Source of the DNA: Octopus sinensis
Lineage: Eukaryota
Length of the DNA: 64,000 nucleotides
NCBI RefSeq assembly: GCF_006345805.1
Contig: NC_043013.1
Location: 19,158,001-19,222,000 of the forward strand
Direction: 5' to 3'
A program made the position numbers and the translations under genes. The notes beneath the pieces are model-generated. The model saw nothing but the letters and a program-made list of their open reading frames with translations. It did no database searches and had not been told where the DNA came from. This document shows, piece after piece, positions 40,243-52,983 of the stretch (positions are counted from its first letter, which is position 1; each line of letters opens with the position of its first letter).

Positions 40243-43200
40243 ATGATTATGATGATGATGATGATGATGATGATGATAATAATAATAATAATAATAATGA
40301 TAATAAAATTGAAAAATACCTTAGGAATGAGAACCCAGGTTCGAAATTTCCCCAAGACACCTGAAGAAGGCTGGAGGGTATATCAGCCGAAACGTTTTGT
40401 TAACAACAAACAAGATGAGGACAAATATCTGTCAATTGTAAATAATGTAAATAATGTAAATAATGTACGTTATGATTGTACACATATTTATTAGCAGAGT
40501 TGTTAGAGCCAGAGCTGCATGTTTGAAGGAGGATACAGTCTGTTACCCTGACACCAGTAAGAGCAAACCGCGAAGATGCTGTCAGATGGTTTTTCAATAC
40601 TGGGTCTAATGGGATGTATCCTCGTATGGCAATGCATTTTTGTCGGAACGCCACGCTATATATATATGTTTTGTAGAAAAAAAACCCCAAACAAAAAAAA
40701 TCTCTACTTACAAAGGAGACCGAAACGGTTATATATATCTTTCTCTGTGGCATTTGATGGTAACACACTGCCGTCTGGAGCTTGGAAGTCATTGTCAGGA
40801 TTACCATCTACAACACCCAGTAAACCTCGTGTCAACATTACGGAACGCATTTCGGGTGGGTACGCTACACCTATGTCCAGTATTCCGTTAGCTTGGTTTA
40901 TATTCAAGGTTAAACCTTAGAGAAACAAAAATGAAGATATATATAAATTCAATGAAAAATTAGGATGATGTTAATAATTTTGATCTGTTGAAATGTTATG
41001 GACCTCTCATTTGCTACGGCTTCTTCAAATTCTGAAAACTGAAAATAAAACTTACAACATCTGCCTTTAAATGATAGACCAACGAAAGGAGAATTAAACT
41101 GTTATTGCCTAGACTATGGCACAAGTAAGTCCTAATACATAGTTTTCGGTACCGAATAATACTAAAAATATGACTAATAGCCGTTTCTGGTAGTCTCAAG
41201 GAGAGCAATTTTCGGAGGAATTGGTTGATTAATTTGCTGGTTCTGTACCCCGAATGAAGGAAAGGTAAAGTTGACCTCAGCGGTATTTGAACTCAGAGCT
41301 TCAATGGCCATAAGTTAAAATACTAGATAAAATGATATTTTATATTATATCTAAACGATTCCGCCTATCCACTGCTCTTCTAATAATCGTGTGAGGGCGC
41401 GTGGCTTAGTGGTTAGGGCATTCGGCTCATGATCGTAAGGTTGTGAGTTCGATTCCCGGCGACGCGTTGTGTCCTTGAGCAAGACACTTTATTTCACGTT
41501 GCTCCAGTCCACTCAGCTGGCAAAAATGAGTTGTACTTGTATTTCAAAGGGTCAGCCTTGTCACTCTCTGTGTCACGCTGATTATCCCCGAGAACTACGT
41601 TAAGGGTACACGTGTCTGTGGAATGCTCAGCCATTTGCACGTTAATTTCACGAGCAAGCTGTTCCGTTGATCGTATCAGCTGGGACCCTCGTCGTCGTAA
41701 CCGGCGGAGTCTTTAAAAATAACTGATGGATTCCCTTACAGAAATCAAGTTAATAGTGTTAAATAAAGAGAGACATTTCAAATGGTGGAATGAATGCCGT
41801 ACTGTCATCTGCTCCTTAACATAGTTATATAATAGGCAAAACGTAGGTGTTTTGTTTTTCAATAGGGACTAATTCTAGTTTTGGGTCAAAATTTGGTGCT
41901 TAAAATGTTTTACATCGTTCATAATAATTTCATTATTTTGTTTTATACTAAAGATTATGACGACAATGATGATGACAGCGACAATGATAATGATGATGAT
42001 GAAGTTGTTGATGAAATGATTATGATGATGATGATTATGATGATGCTTAAGATGAAGGCGATTATGATAACCAATATAAATTACCTTTCTGGAATACTCC
42101 TTGGATTCCTCCATTCTTCAGTTTCTTCAGCTTCATATACTTCATAGTCTGGTTGAAGTTTTCATCATTTACAAACTGGACGGTGAAATCGATGCCATTG
42201 GCGATGATGATGATACCTACAAAACATTATGTTTTCTTAAGAGTTTTTTGTCCAGAGCAAATTGGGGCCATTTTAGGGCCTCCAAGACTGGTAGGAAGAA
42301 GAGAAGGAGGTGGCGTTAACAAAAAGACATGTATGAGTAAAGATGTATAAATATAAATAAATAAAATTTTAAAATACGTTTCCGAAACTCTGGAAGACTA
42401 CTTCTCATTTTTGTTCCCGTTGTGTGACACAGGTAAGAAACAATATAAATAGTATCTTCAATAAGGCACCGGTACCCCTTGGGCAATGCCCTCATAATAG
42501 CTAGTACCTTCTTTCCCTTTCATCGACAGTTAAAGTAGTAGATATATAAAAGAGTAATGCATTAAAGTATTACGTTAAAAATAACGACGAAGCGAAAGAC
42601 ATTTGTCCTTAGAAGTACGACACTCCAGCGTAACCACGGCAGTATGACTACGACCACAACCACTGAAGGAGTGAGTAACGTCGTTGTAGGTTAACTTTAT
42701 CTAAATATAAGATGGAGTGGTCAGAGCTGGAATGTCTTAACTGTAAGCCTTCTAAATTTAGGTTGACCTGGAATTAAACAACAACGACATCATGCCATCA
42801 TATCTCATTACCCTACACTTGACTACACCACTCACTGAAGACATTCCCGTTGCTAGAAATAGAAGCTAAATCTTCTTCAGATCACATCCTGCTGTCTCAA
42901 TGAATGAACATATTGGATGATGCATTCTGGGATGTATTATTGCTTGAGATAAGATGGAGAGTATCGTGGTGTAAATACTTTTGAATCTAATTCTGAAAAC
43001 TTACGGTTGACCTTAAGGCTTAAGAATAGGAACAACAACAAGAATTACGCTTCCATCAAATCAAACTACAACACACTTCATCACCCCATCCCACCATATC
43101 AAATTTAATCTGAATAGTAGTTACAATGATCGCGAGTGGATCGTCTTTGATCGTCTTTGATGATACGACTTCTGGATCAATGCCCACCTAAGGATAAACA

Positions 43201-43851
43201 CCAACAATAAAACACCTGCAGTAGATTCGATCTCCCAAACTGCGAGCAAGAAGTACCATCTTAGTCCCCGTCCATCTGCTTATCTCCTTCGAATTATTTT
43301 CTACATCTCTTACCCAACATCGCTTACAAAGCAACCAGATAGAAGCGAGAACCTGTAAAGCGTACCAGAGACCAATACGTAAATTATGCAAATACCTTCT
43401 TTATTTTGCATTATTTCCACCTGGAAGGAATTGTTATAAACGAAATCCATGGCGACGAAAGCGGTAAATATCGTGGCATCAGTCAATTCACCGCGGACAT
43501 TCTCTCCGCGTTCAGTTCGACCTTCAAGAGTAAACAAGCGATGTTTTGGCTTGTCCTTATGGTATATATTCAAAAGGGTAAACTCTCCCCATCCGTTGAA
43601 GGTATAGAATTTGCCGTCAATAGTTTGAATGTGTGGGTCACCAAAGGCTCCACCTGAAAGGAACAGGAATGAAATAAATGAATTTGAGAACTTTTAAGAT
43701 TAGAACAACGTCTGTATGGGTTGCTGGGTGGCGTAGTAGATTATACTGGAGTAGATTTATTAGAATGGGGTATATTGATAACATACACATGCATACATTC
43801 ATGGCTTAGTGGTTAGGGTATTGCGCTCATGATCGTAAGATTTCCACAGCC

Positions 43852-43929
<78 letters not shown>

Positions 43930-44897
43930 TAGATAGATAGATAGATAGATAGATAGATGCCAGCACAGCAGCGGACGCGAAAGTGAATAATGATCAGTGC
44001 ATTAATACATTGATAATTTCTTTTAAAAGTTGATTACTCTTAGTACTATACCAACGGTTTCATGGAAGGAAATGCACAATTATTCAATTGTAGTTTGAAT
44101 GAATAATTGTGAATATATATTTGTTTGAAACAATTGGTATCGCATTAACAGTTCTCATTTATGTACACACACACACATACACACACACACACACATACAT
44201 ACATACACACACATAATTACATAAACATACATCCATACATTTAGTGTGTGTACATGTACATATAGGTATATACATATATGTATATGTAAATGGATTATTT
44301 GAATGTGTATGCATGCATTTCTGTTTGCGCATGGTTACAGTGAGGATCAACAACGAAGAAGCTGGACTAACCTTCGACGGGCATCACATAATTGCTGCAA
44401 TCGGACACAGAGCGGACTTCATTAAAAAGCGAACAGTAAGCAGAAAAGGAACAGCAAAAGTCTACGGGTTTTTTGTCTTCTTCAATCCACTTGATTTTGG
44501 CAATTGTTGGGTCATTGATGAAGAATGGACTGTCAGTCGGTTTCAAGGCATTTGTTTCGTAATCATAGCAACAGATCTGCATGGAAAGAAATGATATGTG
44601 TTGAACTTGGAACTAAACAATTACTGACCACACATACATACCCTCGACTCACAAACGTGCCAACTCACGCCTCCACATGTCACACTACAATACTACACAT
44701 ACACACCTGCCCACATAAATACACACACCATGCATCACACATACAACCATACACAGATACACGCTCACATTATACGTACATGCATACACAGCCATCTATA
44801 GATATATACATGTACATATATACATTCATACATATATACATTCATACATACATGCATACATACATACATACATAGATACATACATACATACATACAT

Positions 44898-44930
<33 letters not shown>

Positions 44931-46842
44931 TCATACATACATACATACATACATACATACATACATACATACATACATACAAAAATACTCCGTTGTTGAT
45001 GTTGACATTCCAATGAAGGAGCTTTGGATCTGGTTTTAAAACTGGCTGTTTCTCTATTGGCTAGAAATCTTGAAATAAAGCTAAATAATGACATACATAC
45101 ATACATACATACATACATACACACATACATGTGTAAAAATCTATAAAAGTTTTCAAATGTTTATCATTTAAGTATATACGCGCATGAGAATACATACATA
45201 AAACTAAACATACAAATCTGTACACGCTCTGATTCCAAATACTACACATATATACACATACATGCAAAAATACACTGTTGATGTTGACATTCCAATATAT
45301 GAGCCTTGGATCTAGGTTAGAAACGGACCTTTTCTCTATTAGCAAGAAATCTTGAAATAAAACTGAATAATGACATACATAGATAAATACATTGACATAT
45401 ATACACACAAGGGTAAAAAAATCGGAACGTTTTTGCCGTTATGTAAGACTATAATTGGAATTCCGTCGGTTATGACGACGAGGGCTCCGGTTATCTGAGC
45501 CCTCTACCAACACACATACCCTTAACGTAGTTCTCAGGGAGATTCAGCGTGACTCAGAATGCGACAAGGCCGGCTCTTTTTAAATTACGAGTACAAATCA
45601 TTTTTACCAGCGGAATGGAGTGGAGCAACGTGAAATAAAGTGTCTTGCTTAAGGACACAACGCGCTGCCGGGAATTGAACTTACGACCATAAGTTCGTAA
45701 TCCGATTACTCTAACCACTAAGCCACGCGCCTTCACAATGTAAAACCGAATCGTGTATTTAAAGAGGCAGTTTCTTACTCACCCTGACACCTTTGGATAT
45801 TCCATCAGTAGGAAACATGTGACGGAGACAATTGTTGGAATTTTGGTACATTTCAAAGCGTGTGTCTTTCTTCGCTTGCAGAAGATTACAAGGACATGGT
45901 GTGCTCAATGCCGAGAGTTTGCTGGCTTCGATTCGCTGCTGCGCCGAATTCTCGTAATACCATTTCATACATTGTTGTGCGAAATTTTCTTTTTCTTTAA
46001 TTACTCCGAGCGGAAACTGCCACCATCCGTATATTCCTGTTGAATTGAAGATGATCACAATGATGACGCCAGTGATAACAACATCAACAATAACAACTCA
46101 ACAACAACAACAATTAGTTTCTAACGCGGGTTATAAGGAAAGAAAGATATCGCGAAGAGCAGAGTCAATTAAACCGATTCTGAAATTCACAAGCTTTTGT
46201 TTTATAAACCCTGAAACTTTGCCACAAGTAGCGTGGCTATGCCCACCCGCCAAATTGTCAAAAAGGTCATTATTATTATTATTATTATTGAGTGAGAGAG
46301 CAGTTCATGCCATCAAAGTGACACTGGGGTAAAATATACGAAGCCCAATATACCCATCATGACTACCCGTCTGATAAGGGTACACAAGGCACATGCATCA
46401 CAACCATATGTGCGTGACATGGTGATCTCATATCAAGATAAACAGCACATGACCTTGCAGGTGGGGCCCAGTTAGAATTTTCTTCAGGTTGAGTAGCCCA
46501 TCCCGCTCAAAAGGTCCCTGAATAAGGGTTGTTTAATGATGTTGAAAGAACCACCCATGTTTCCAGAGGTGAATTATTCAAACCCCAAAGAATCCCTCTC
46601 AACACATGGCTATGATGCTCCCCCACTACTTCTGCTCGTGATCAGAGATGCACATATCGTCAGCCACTAAGGGACATGCTCAACTGGTTAAGGTCAAACA
46701 ACTGACAAGCAAATCTGTGGTATTGAGCAGAATATTTGAGGTAGCCCATCTTTTATACCAAGACAAAACAATGTACATGATAACACTTCCAATCAGTTAA
46801 GATCAGAAGCCATGAGAGCCACTGCCTGGTACTGCATCATCA

Positions 46843-46920
<78 letters not shown>

Positions 46921-47049
46921 GGCCGCTGAGGTCGACTTTGCCTTTCATCCTTTCGGGGTCAATAAATTAAGTACCAATGAAACACTGGAGTCAATGAAAT
47001 CTACTATCCCCTCCCCCAAATTTCAGGCTTTGTGCCTTTAAAAGAAAAG

Positions 47050-47126
<77 letters not shown>

Positions 47127-47129
47127 TAG

Positions 47130-47180
<51 letters not shown>

Positions 47181-49792
47181 CATTATTATTATTATTATTA
47201 TTATATTCTTTTTTACCTGTATTTCCTTTGATCCTGTCGATCTGCAAAATGTCTATGTTTCTTCTGGAAGTCATGAAATAGTTGCTGTCATCTTTGCCTC
47301 TTCTGTAACCTACAGCTACGTCTCTGTAGAGTAAGTTAAATGTTTTCCATTCCATTCTTTCATAGAGATAAATGACATAGGAGGCTCTGCCGTCTGTTAC
47401 CAAAACAGCTTGGAATGTATTTTTCTGAAAATATACAACCACAATATCACTTTGAGTTTGAAAGCATCTTCTCTGTTTAATGTTTGGACATGATGCCGTT
47501 GTTATGAAGGACAACAATGGAAAACTAGCATTATTGGATTGTCTGTGATTAGCTGTAGTCATTATTGGATTGTCTGTGATTAGCTGTAGTAATTATTGGA
47601 TTGTCTGCGATTAGCTGGTTGGCAAGACAAGCCCCTCGGTTTAAAAGCACCAACTGTTGCGTGGGTACCCTTGCGTTTAAATCGCATTGTTTAAAACTTC
47701 TTGTAGACTTTTACAAAGTTCGTTCCCTTGTGGTGTATTCAATAGGCCCACAGTTTCCTCCCTAATTTTCATTAGGAGGGTTTACACTTCCTCTGACTAA
47801 TTCATGAATAAAAAAAAAAAACGATTGCCAAATGAGTTTACTGGAAATCGGAATTGGATCGTAGATTTATTTCACCCGAAGTCTCTTTCTTGCCCCACGA
47901 TACAAGTGAATAACTTTCTTTGTATTCATTTTGATCCTTAAATTGAAAGAATACTGAAATGTTTAAGGGAGATGATGTAATATTCATGCTTTTTACCCTT
48001 AAATTGGTTTCAATTGGGAATCCAAACTGCATTACGATCACATCTCATGATAATATTTCTACCAACTTGCAATAATTATTGATCTTGTGACTGAGACCAG
48101 TGGTGTAAATACTATCAAATATGTATGTCGGCTCTGTGCTGGCAAAAGTAATTTAGTACTAACGTATTTAATGTCGGAATTATTAAATATCCATCAATGA
48201 TTTATTGTTTTTTCCAGCTAATGATTTAGATGAGAGATGCCTGTTTGATACAATCTTTGCAAACAACTTGCAGACGCAAGTACTATCAGTTGAAAGCTCC
48301 GCATGCCGGATGCTAGCATGTTTATGGGGTCATCAGGAGAAAATGCGCACCTTCTTTGGTTACAGCTGTTTCAACATTATATAGTTTAAATAACGAGTTG
48401 GATTCATGAATATGAACAATGATTACATAATACTTATTATGTAATGGTGATAACAATGTAAAATCCATAGTAATTTTTTTCTTCGTGACCTAATATTATC
48501 GGTAAGAACCATTGGTTATGATAATTACTTGCATCCAATAATGTTACTGCAACCTAAATAAACGCTAGAACAAATCCAATCCTTCAATTTTATCGTTTTC
48601 TTCATATAAACTGCACTGTATTGAAAGAGCGAATACCTGTTAAGAATAAGTGCCATAGACATAAGATTTACTTTGAGTACTCTAGGAGACAATCCACAGA
48701 GGTTTTTGTATTACTGTAACTTCATATGTGAAACATAGGCTTGCCAAAGCAGTGATGAGGGAATTACAATATTAAGTGTAGAACTATTGTTCATTTGCCA
48801 TAGAAAACTCGATTTGTTTAGAGAATGATATCAATATAGTTATTTTTATTATTCTGGGTTTGAATAAATAAAATAAACTTGTGTAACATGATTTTTGTCC
48901 TTGGGTAGCCACTGTTATTTCTGATTTGCTTACCCTTGGAAATGATGAAAAATGGCTAATATTTCCTTCAAATATTGTTTTTGTAACATTTATTCCAACC
49001 CCAAAGAATCCCTCTCAACACATGGCTATGATGCTCCCCCTCTATTCCTGCTCATCATCAGAGATGCACGTATTGTCAGCTACTAGGAGATATATTCAAG
49101 TGGTTAAGGTCAAGCAACAGACAAGTAAATCTGTGGTATTGAGCAGAATATTTGCTATAACAATATCTCTGCTTCAGCAACTCAGCGCAGAATCTGTCTG
49201 TAAAGTAATGGAAAATAGATTCAGGTTACAAAAGTAAAGTTTGAAGGGAAGAGTAGTTATTTCTTCTGATTCTAGATAGAAGTAAATAGGAAATAACTCT
49301 TACTGATCAACGTAAAATAAAAAACAAAAATGTTAGTGTAATGAACTCACCTCAGACGGGTTGAGGATATCGCCAGGACGGAGGTCCCTCCAAGTAACAA
49401 CCAATGCCCAGGTAGCTTGGAAGGTCGAAATATTCAACCGTTTTGAGAACTGATTAAGGAAGAGTCTTTCTTGTTCGTTGCGTCTCCGCTTCAGAGGCCA
49501 CATTTCATAGACATCATAAAATACGGTACTGGACGGGAAACTTTTGCTGGTCACTGCATCTGCCCAAAATGGAGCGATGATCACTTCATCTTCTTCACCG
49601 ATATCTTTCTTCGGTAATTTATTGATTTTGAAGCCATCTTGTTTTATGATCAGGAAGCCATCGGTGTGAATCTAAACAAAATCAAAGCGCGAAGGATTTG
49701 CATTGAAATTATTTGAAAAAGAAAGCACACAGAAGATGGTCGGATCGAATCCAAGTTTTACTTTCAAATATACAGAAGTATCACTACACGCA

Positions 49793-49886
<94 letters not shown>

Positions 49887-50271
49887 TACAAACACGAACA
49901 TCGACACACACACACATCGGTGCTAACACGGCTTTATACATATATACACATATACATATACACATACAAATACACGCACATACACACACATCGATACACA
50001 CACACATCGACGCACACACATCGGCACTAACACGGCTTTATACATATATACACATACAAATACACGCACATACACATATGCGCATGTATAACTTAGAATA
50101 ACATGGTGTAAGTCAGGAGGATAAAATATATTTGAATATTAGAAAACGTAGCTGGGAAAGAAAATTATAAACATATTCGTTGTATGACTTTGATGTACAG
50201 AAAAAGAGTGAGGATTTCTCTGACAGACCATTTCTTAGTTTGCTGATCGCTCGTCAGAAGAAAAGTACACG

Positions 50272-50304
<33 letters not shown>

Positions 50305-51904
50305 TGTATGTATGTATGTATGTATGTATGTATGTATGTATAAAGCGGCGAGCTGGCAGGAACGTTAGCACGCCGGGCGAAATGCTTTGCAGTATTTAGT
50401 CTGCCGCTACGTTCTGAGTTCAAATTCCGCCGAGGTCGACTTAACCTTTTATCCTTTCGGGGTCGATTAAATAAGTACCAGTTACGCACTGGGGTCGATG
50501 TAATCGACTTAATCCGTTTGTCTGTCCTTGTTTGTCCTCTCTATGTTTAGCCCCTTGTGGGTAGTAAAGAAATATGTATGTATGTACGTACATATACACT
50601 CAAAAGTATATAAACACACGCATGTATATTCGTTCTTCACTTCAGATTTATTATTAATCTTATTTCATGTCTTTGTCTGGAAATCTTTCGTCACACTATT
50701 TATGGACTCTTCAGCGACTCTCCTTTCCATGTGTCTCCTGTTCTATGTAGATACTATATTTTCTATCGTTTTGCAAGACAGTAAGATTGGTATGACTTTG
50801 TGGGCTATTTGGTTACTATTGCAGGTTAAACTACCAAATAGAGTCTAAACCTGGTTGTACTTCGAACACAGAAATTGAATGGCTGTAGCTAAACACTGCA
50901 AATGATTCTAAAGTGGTGTTTTATTGCTTCAGTTCTTTCTCTTACTTGCCTATTTGTCATCAATAATCAAACCTTTAAAACCCTTTAGGGCGGTGAGATG
51001 ACAGGATCGTTCTCGTGAACCCATGTAGGACGAAATGTCTAGCGGCATTTCTGATTTTACGCCCTGAGCTCAAATGTTGCCGAGGTTGACTTTACCTTTC
51101 ATCCTTTGGTGGTGATGATGAGTCAATAAGTTTAGTACCAGTTGATTAGTGGCGGGGTGGCAGTGGGGTTGTTGCAATCGATTTACCTTCTCCCCTAATA
51201 TTGCGGCCTTGTGCCAAAATATGACATCAATAATCAAACACATTCTCTCTTCGCCGCTATGTGGCCAGAAGAGAATTAGAAGACGGAGGCGGATTAAAAA
51301 TAGGTCTATCACTTACCCATATTCGTTTCCAAACTGTACCCTTTGAGATCATTGCTGGGAAGCCTACTTCACAGATGATTGCGTTGCTGATGACGTCATC
51401 GCCCTTAATCAGTTTCTTCGACAGTCCTGCGCTGGTGGAAGAGCCGAATGGCAGCAGTTCTGGTGGTAAAAAAGATAACCAGATTAAGATGAACCATCAC
51501 CTACCACATAGAAGATATATGAGGGCAGCAATGCCAATCAAGAATGGCTCTATGTTGTAACAAGACTTGCTAGAAAGTGCAGCTGGGGATCAGGTAAAGG
51601 CTGTGGTGTGGCGGGTAAGATGGGAAAGTGAGATAGAGAGGAGAGAGGGAGAGAAGAGACCAACATAAAGAAACTCAACTGGGAGCAACAGAGTCCACTT
51701 GTTAAGGGGTCACATTAGGGCTAAGGTTTTTTTTTAATCATTTCATTTTGTGTACGTGTGTGCGTGCACACACACACACACATGCACACACACACACCAC
51801 ACATACACGTACACACGCACACACACACATATACATATATACATATAAATACACACGCACATATAAAGTGTGCGTATATAGACACACACATACATACACA
51901 CATA

Positions 51905-51936
<32 letters not shown>

Positions 51937-52204
51937 TATGAGGACGTGTGGCCTAGTGGTAAGGGTTGCTGCACTCAATCGCAAGATCGTGTGTGCGACT
52001 AGCGGACCAAGTGGCGCATTGGGTTCTTGAGCATAGCTCTTCTTTTCACATTGCTCCAGTCCACAGAGGTATAAATGGGCCACCCTGCGACAGATTAAAC
52101 TTCTGATCCAAAAGAATGTTGGCCTGATCACCTAGCCAGCAGGGTGGCATAATTTGAAAGCTAAAACGGTGCAAAGTGCACATGATGACCGACCACATGA
52201 TGTT

Positions 52205-52243
<39 letters not shown>

Positions 52244-52610
52244 CATACATATAAGAGGGATGACCACTAAGTGGACATCCATTATGCTAGAAGGAGACCC
52301 CCTATGGTCTCAACACTAAGAAAGGAATGTTCTGAAGAAAATTTAGCAAACGTTCTGGTGTTTGCTAAATTTTCTTGAAAACATTCCTTTCTTAGTGGTA
52401 AGACCATAGGGGGTCGACTTCTAGCATGATGGATGTCCACTTTGTAGTGATTTCTCTTATATGTATATAATATAATTTTTCTGAATCTTCAGATTTTTCA
52501 ATATGCTAGGCCACTGGTTTTAAATTGATATTAATCAAATTAATATTCACAGTTTTTCACCATTATAATTTAAAATTCATATATACTATATATATATATA
52601 TATATATATT

Positions 52611-52646
<36 letters not shown>

Positions 52647-52650
52647 TACA

Positions 52651-52710
<60 letters not shown>

Positions 52711-52752
52711 GAGAGAGATAGATAGATAGATAGATACACACACATACACACA

Positions 52753-52793
<41 letters not shown>

Positions 52794-52893
52794 CATACAA
52801 TATTAGATATGTACATATATACACAAGGGTACTATATGAGTACATACATCGCTAATGATAGAAGTCAAAAAATACTTCTGTATGTATGTATAT

Positions 52894-52941
<48 letters not shown>

Positions 52942-52942
52942 A

Positions 52943-52983
<41 letters not shown>

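Noticed and set aside
39755-40494. Poly-Ile, poly-Met, poly-Asp/Asn ORFs
   Set aside because: Translations of the (ATT/ATC/GAT)n arrays inside the inverted element dimer.
47838-48390. Short protein-like ORFs (minus 47838-48041; plus about 48219-48385 after TTTTTTCCAG) suggesting a nested gene
   Set aside because: No recognisable motif, no partner exons, weak or absent splice donors.
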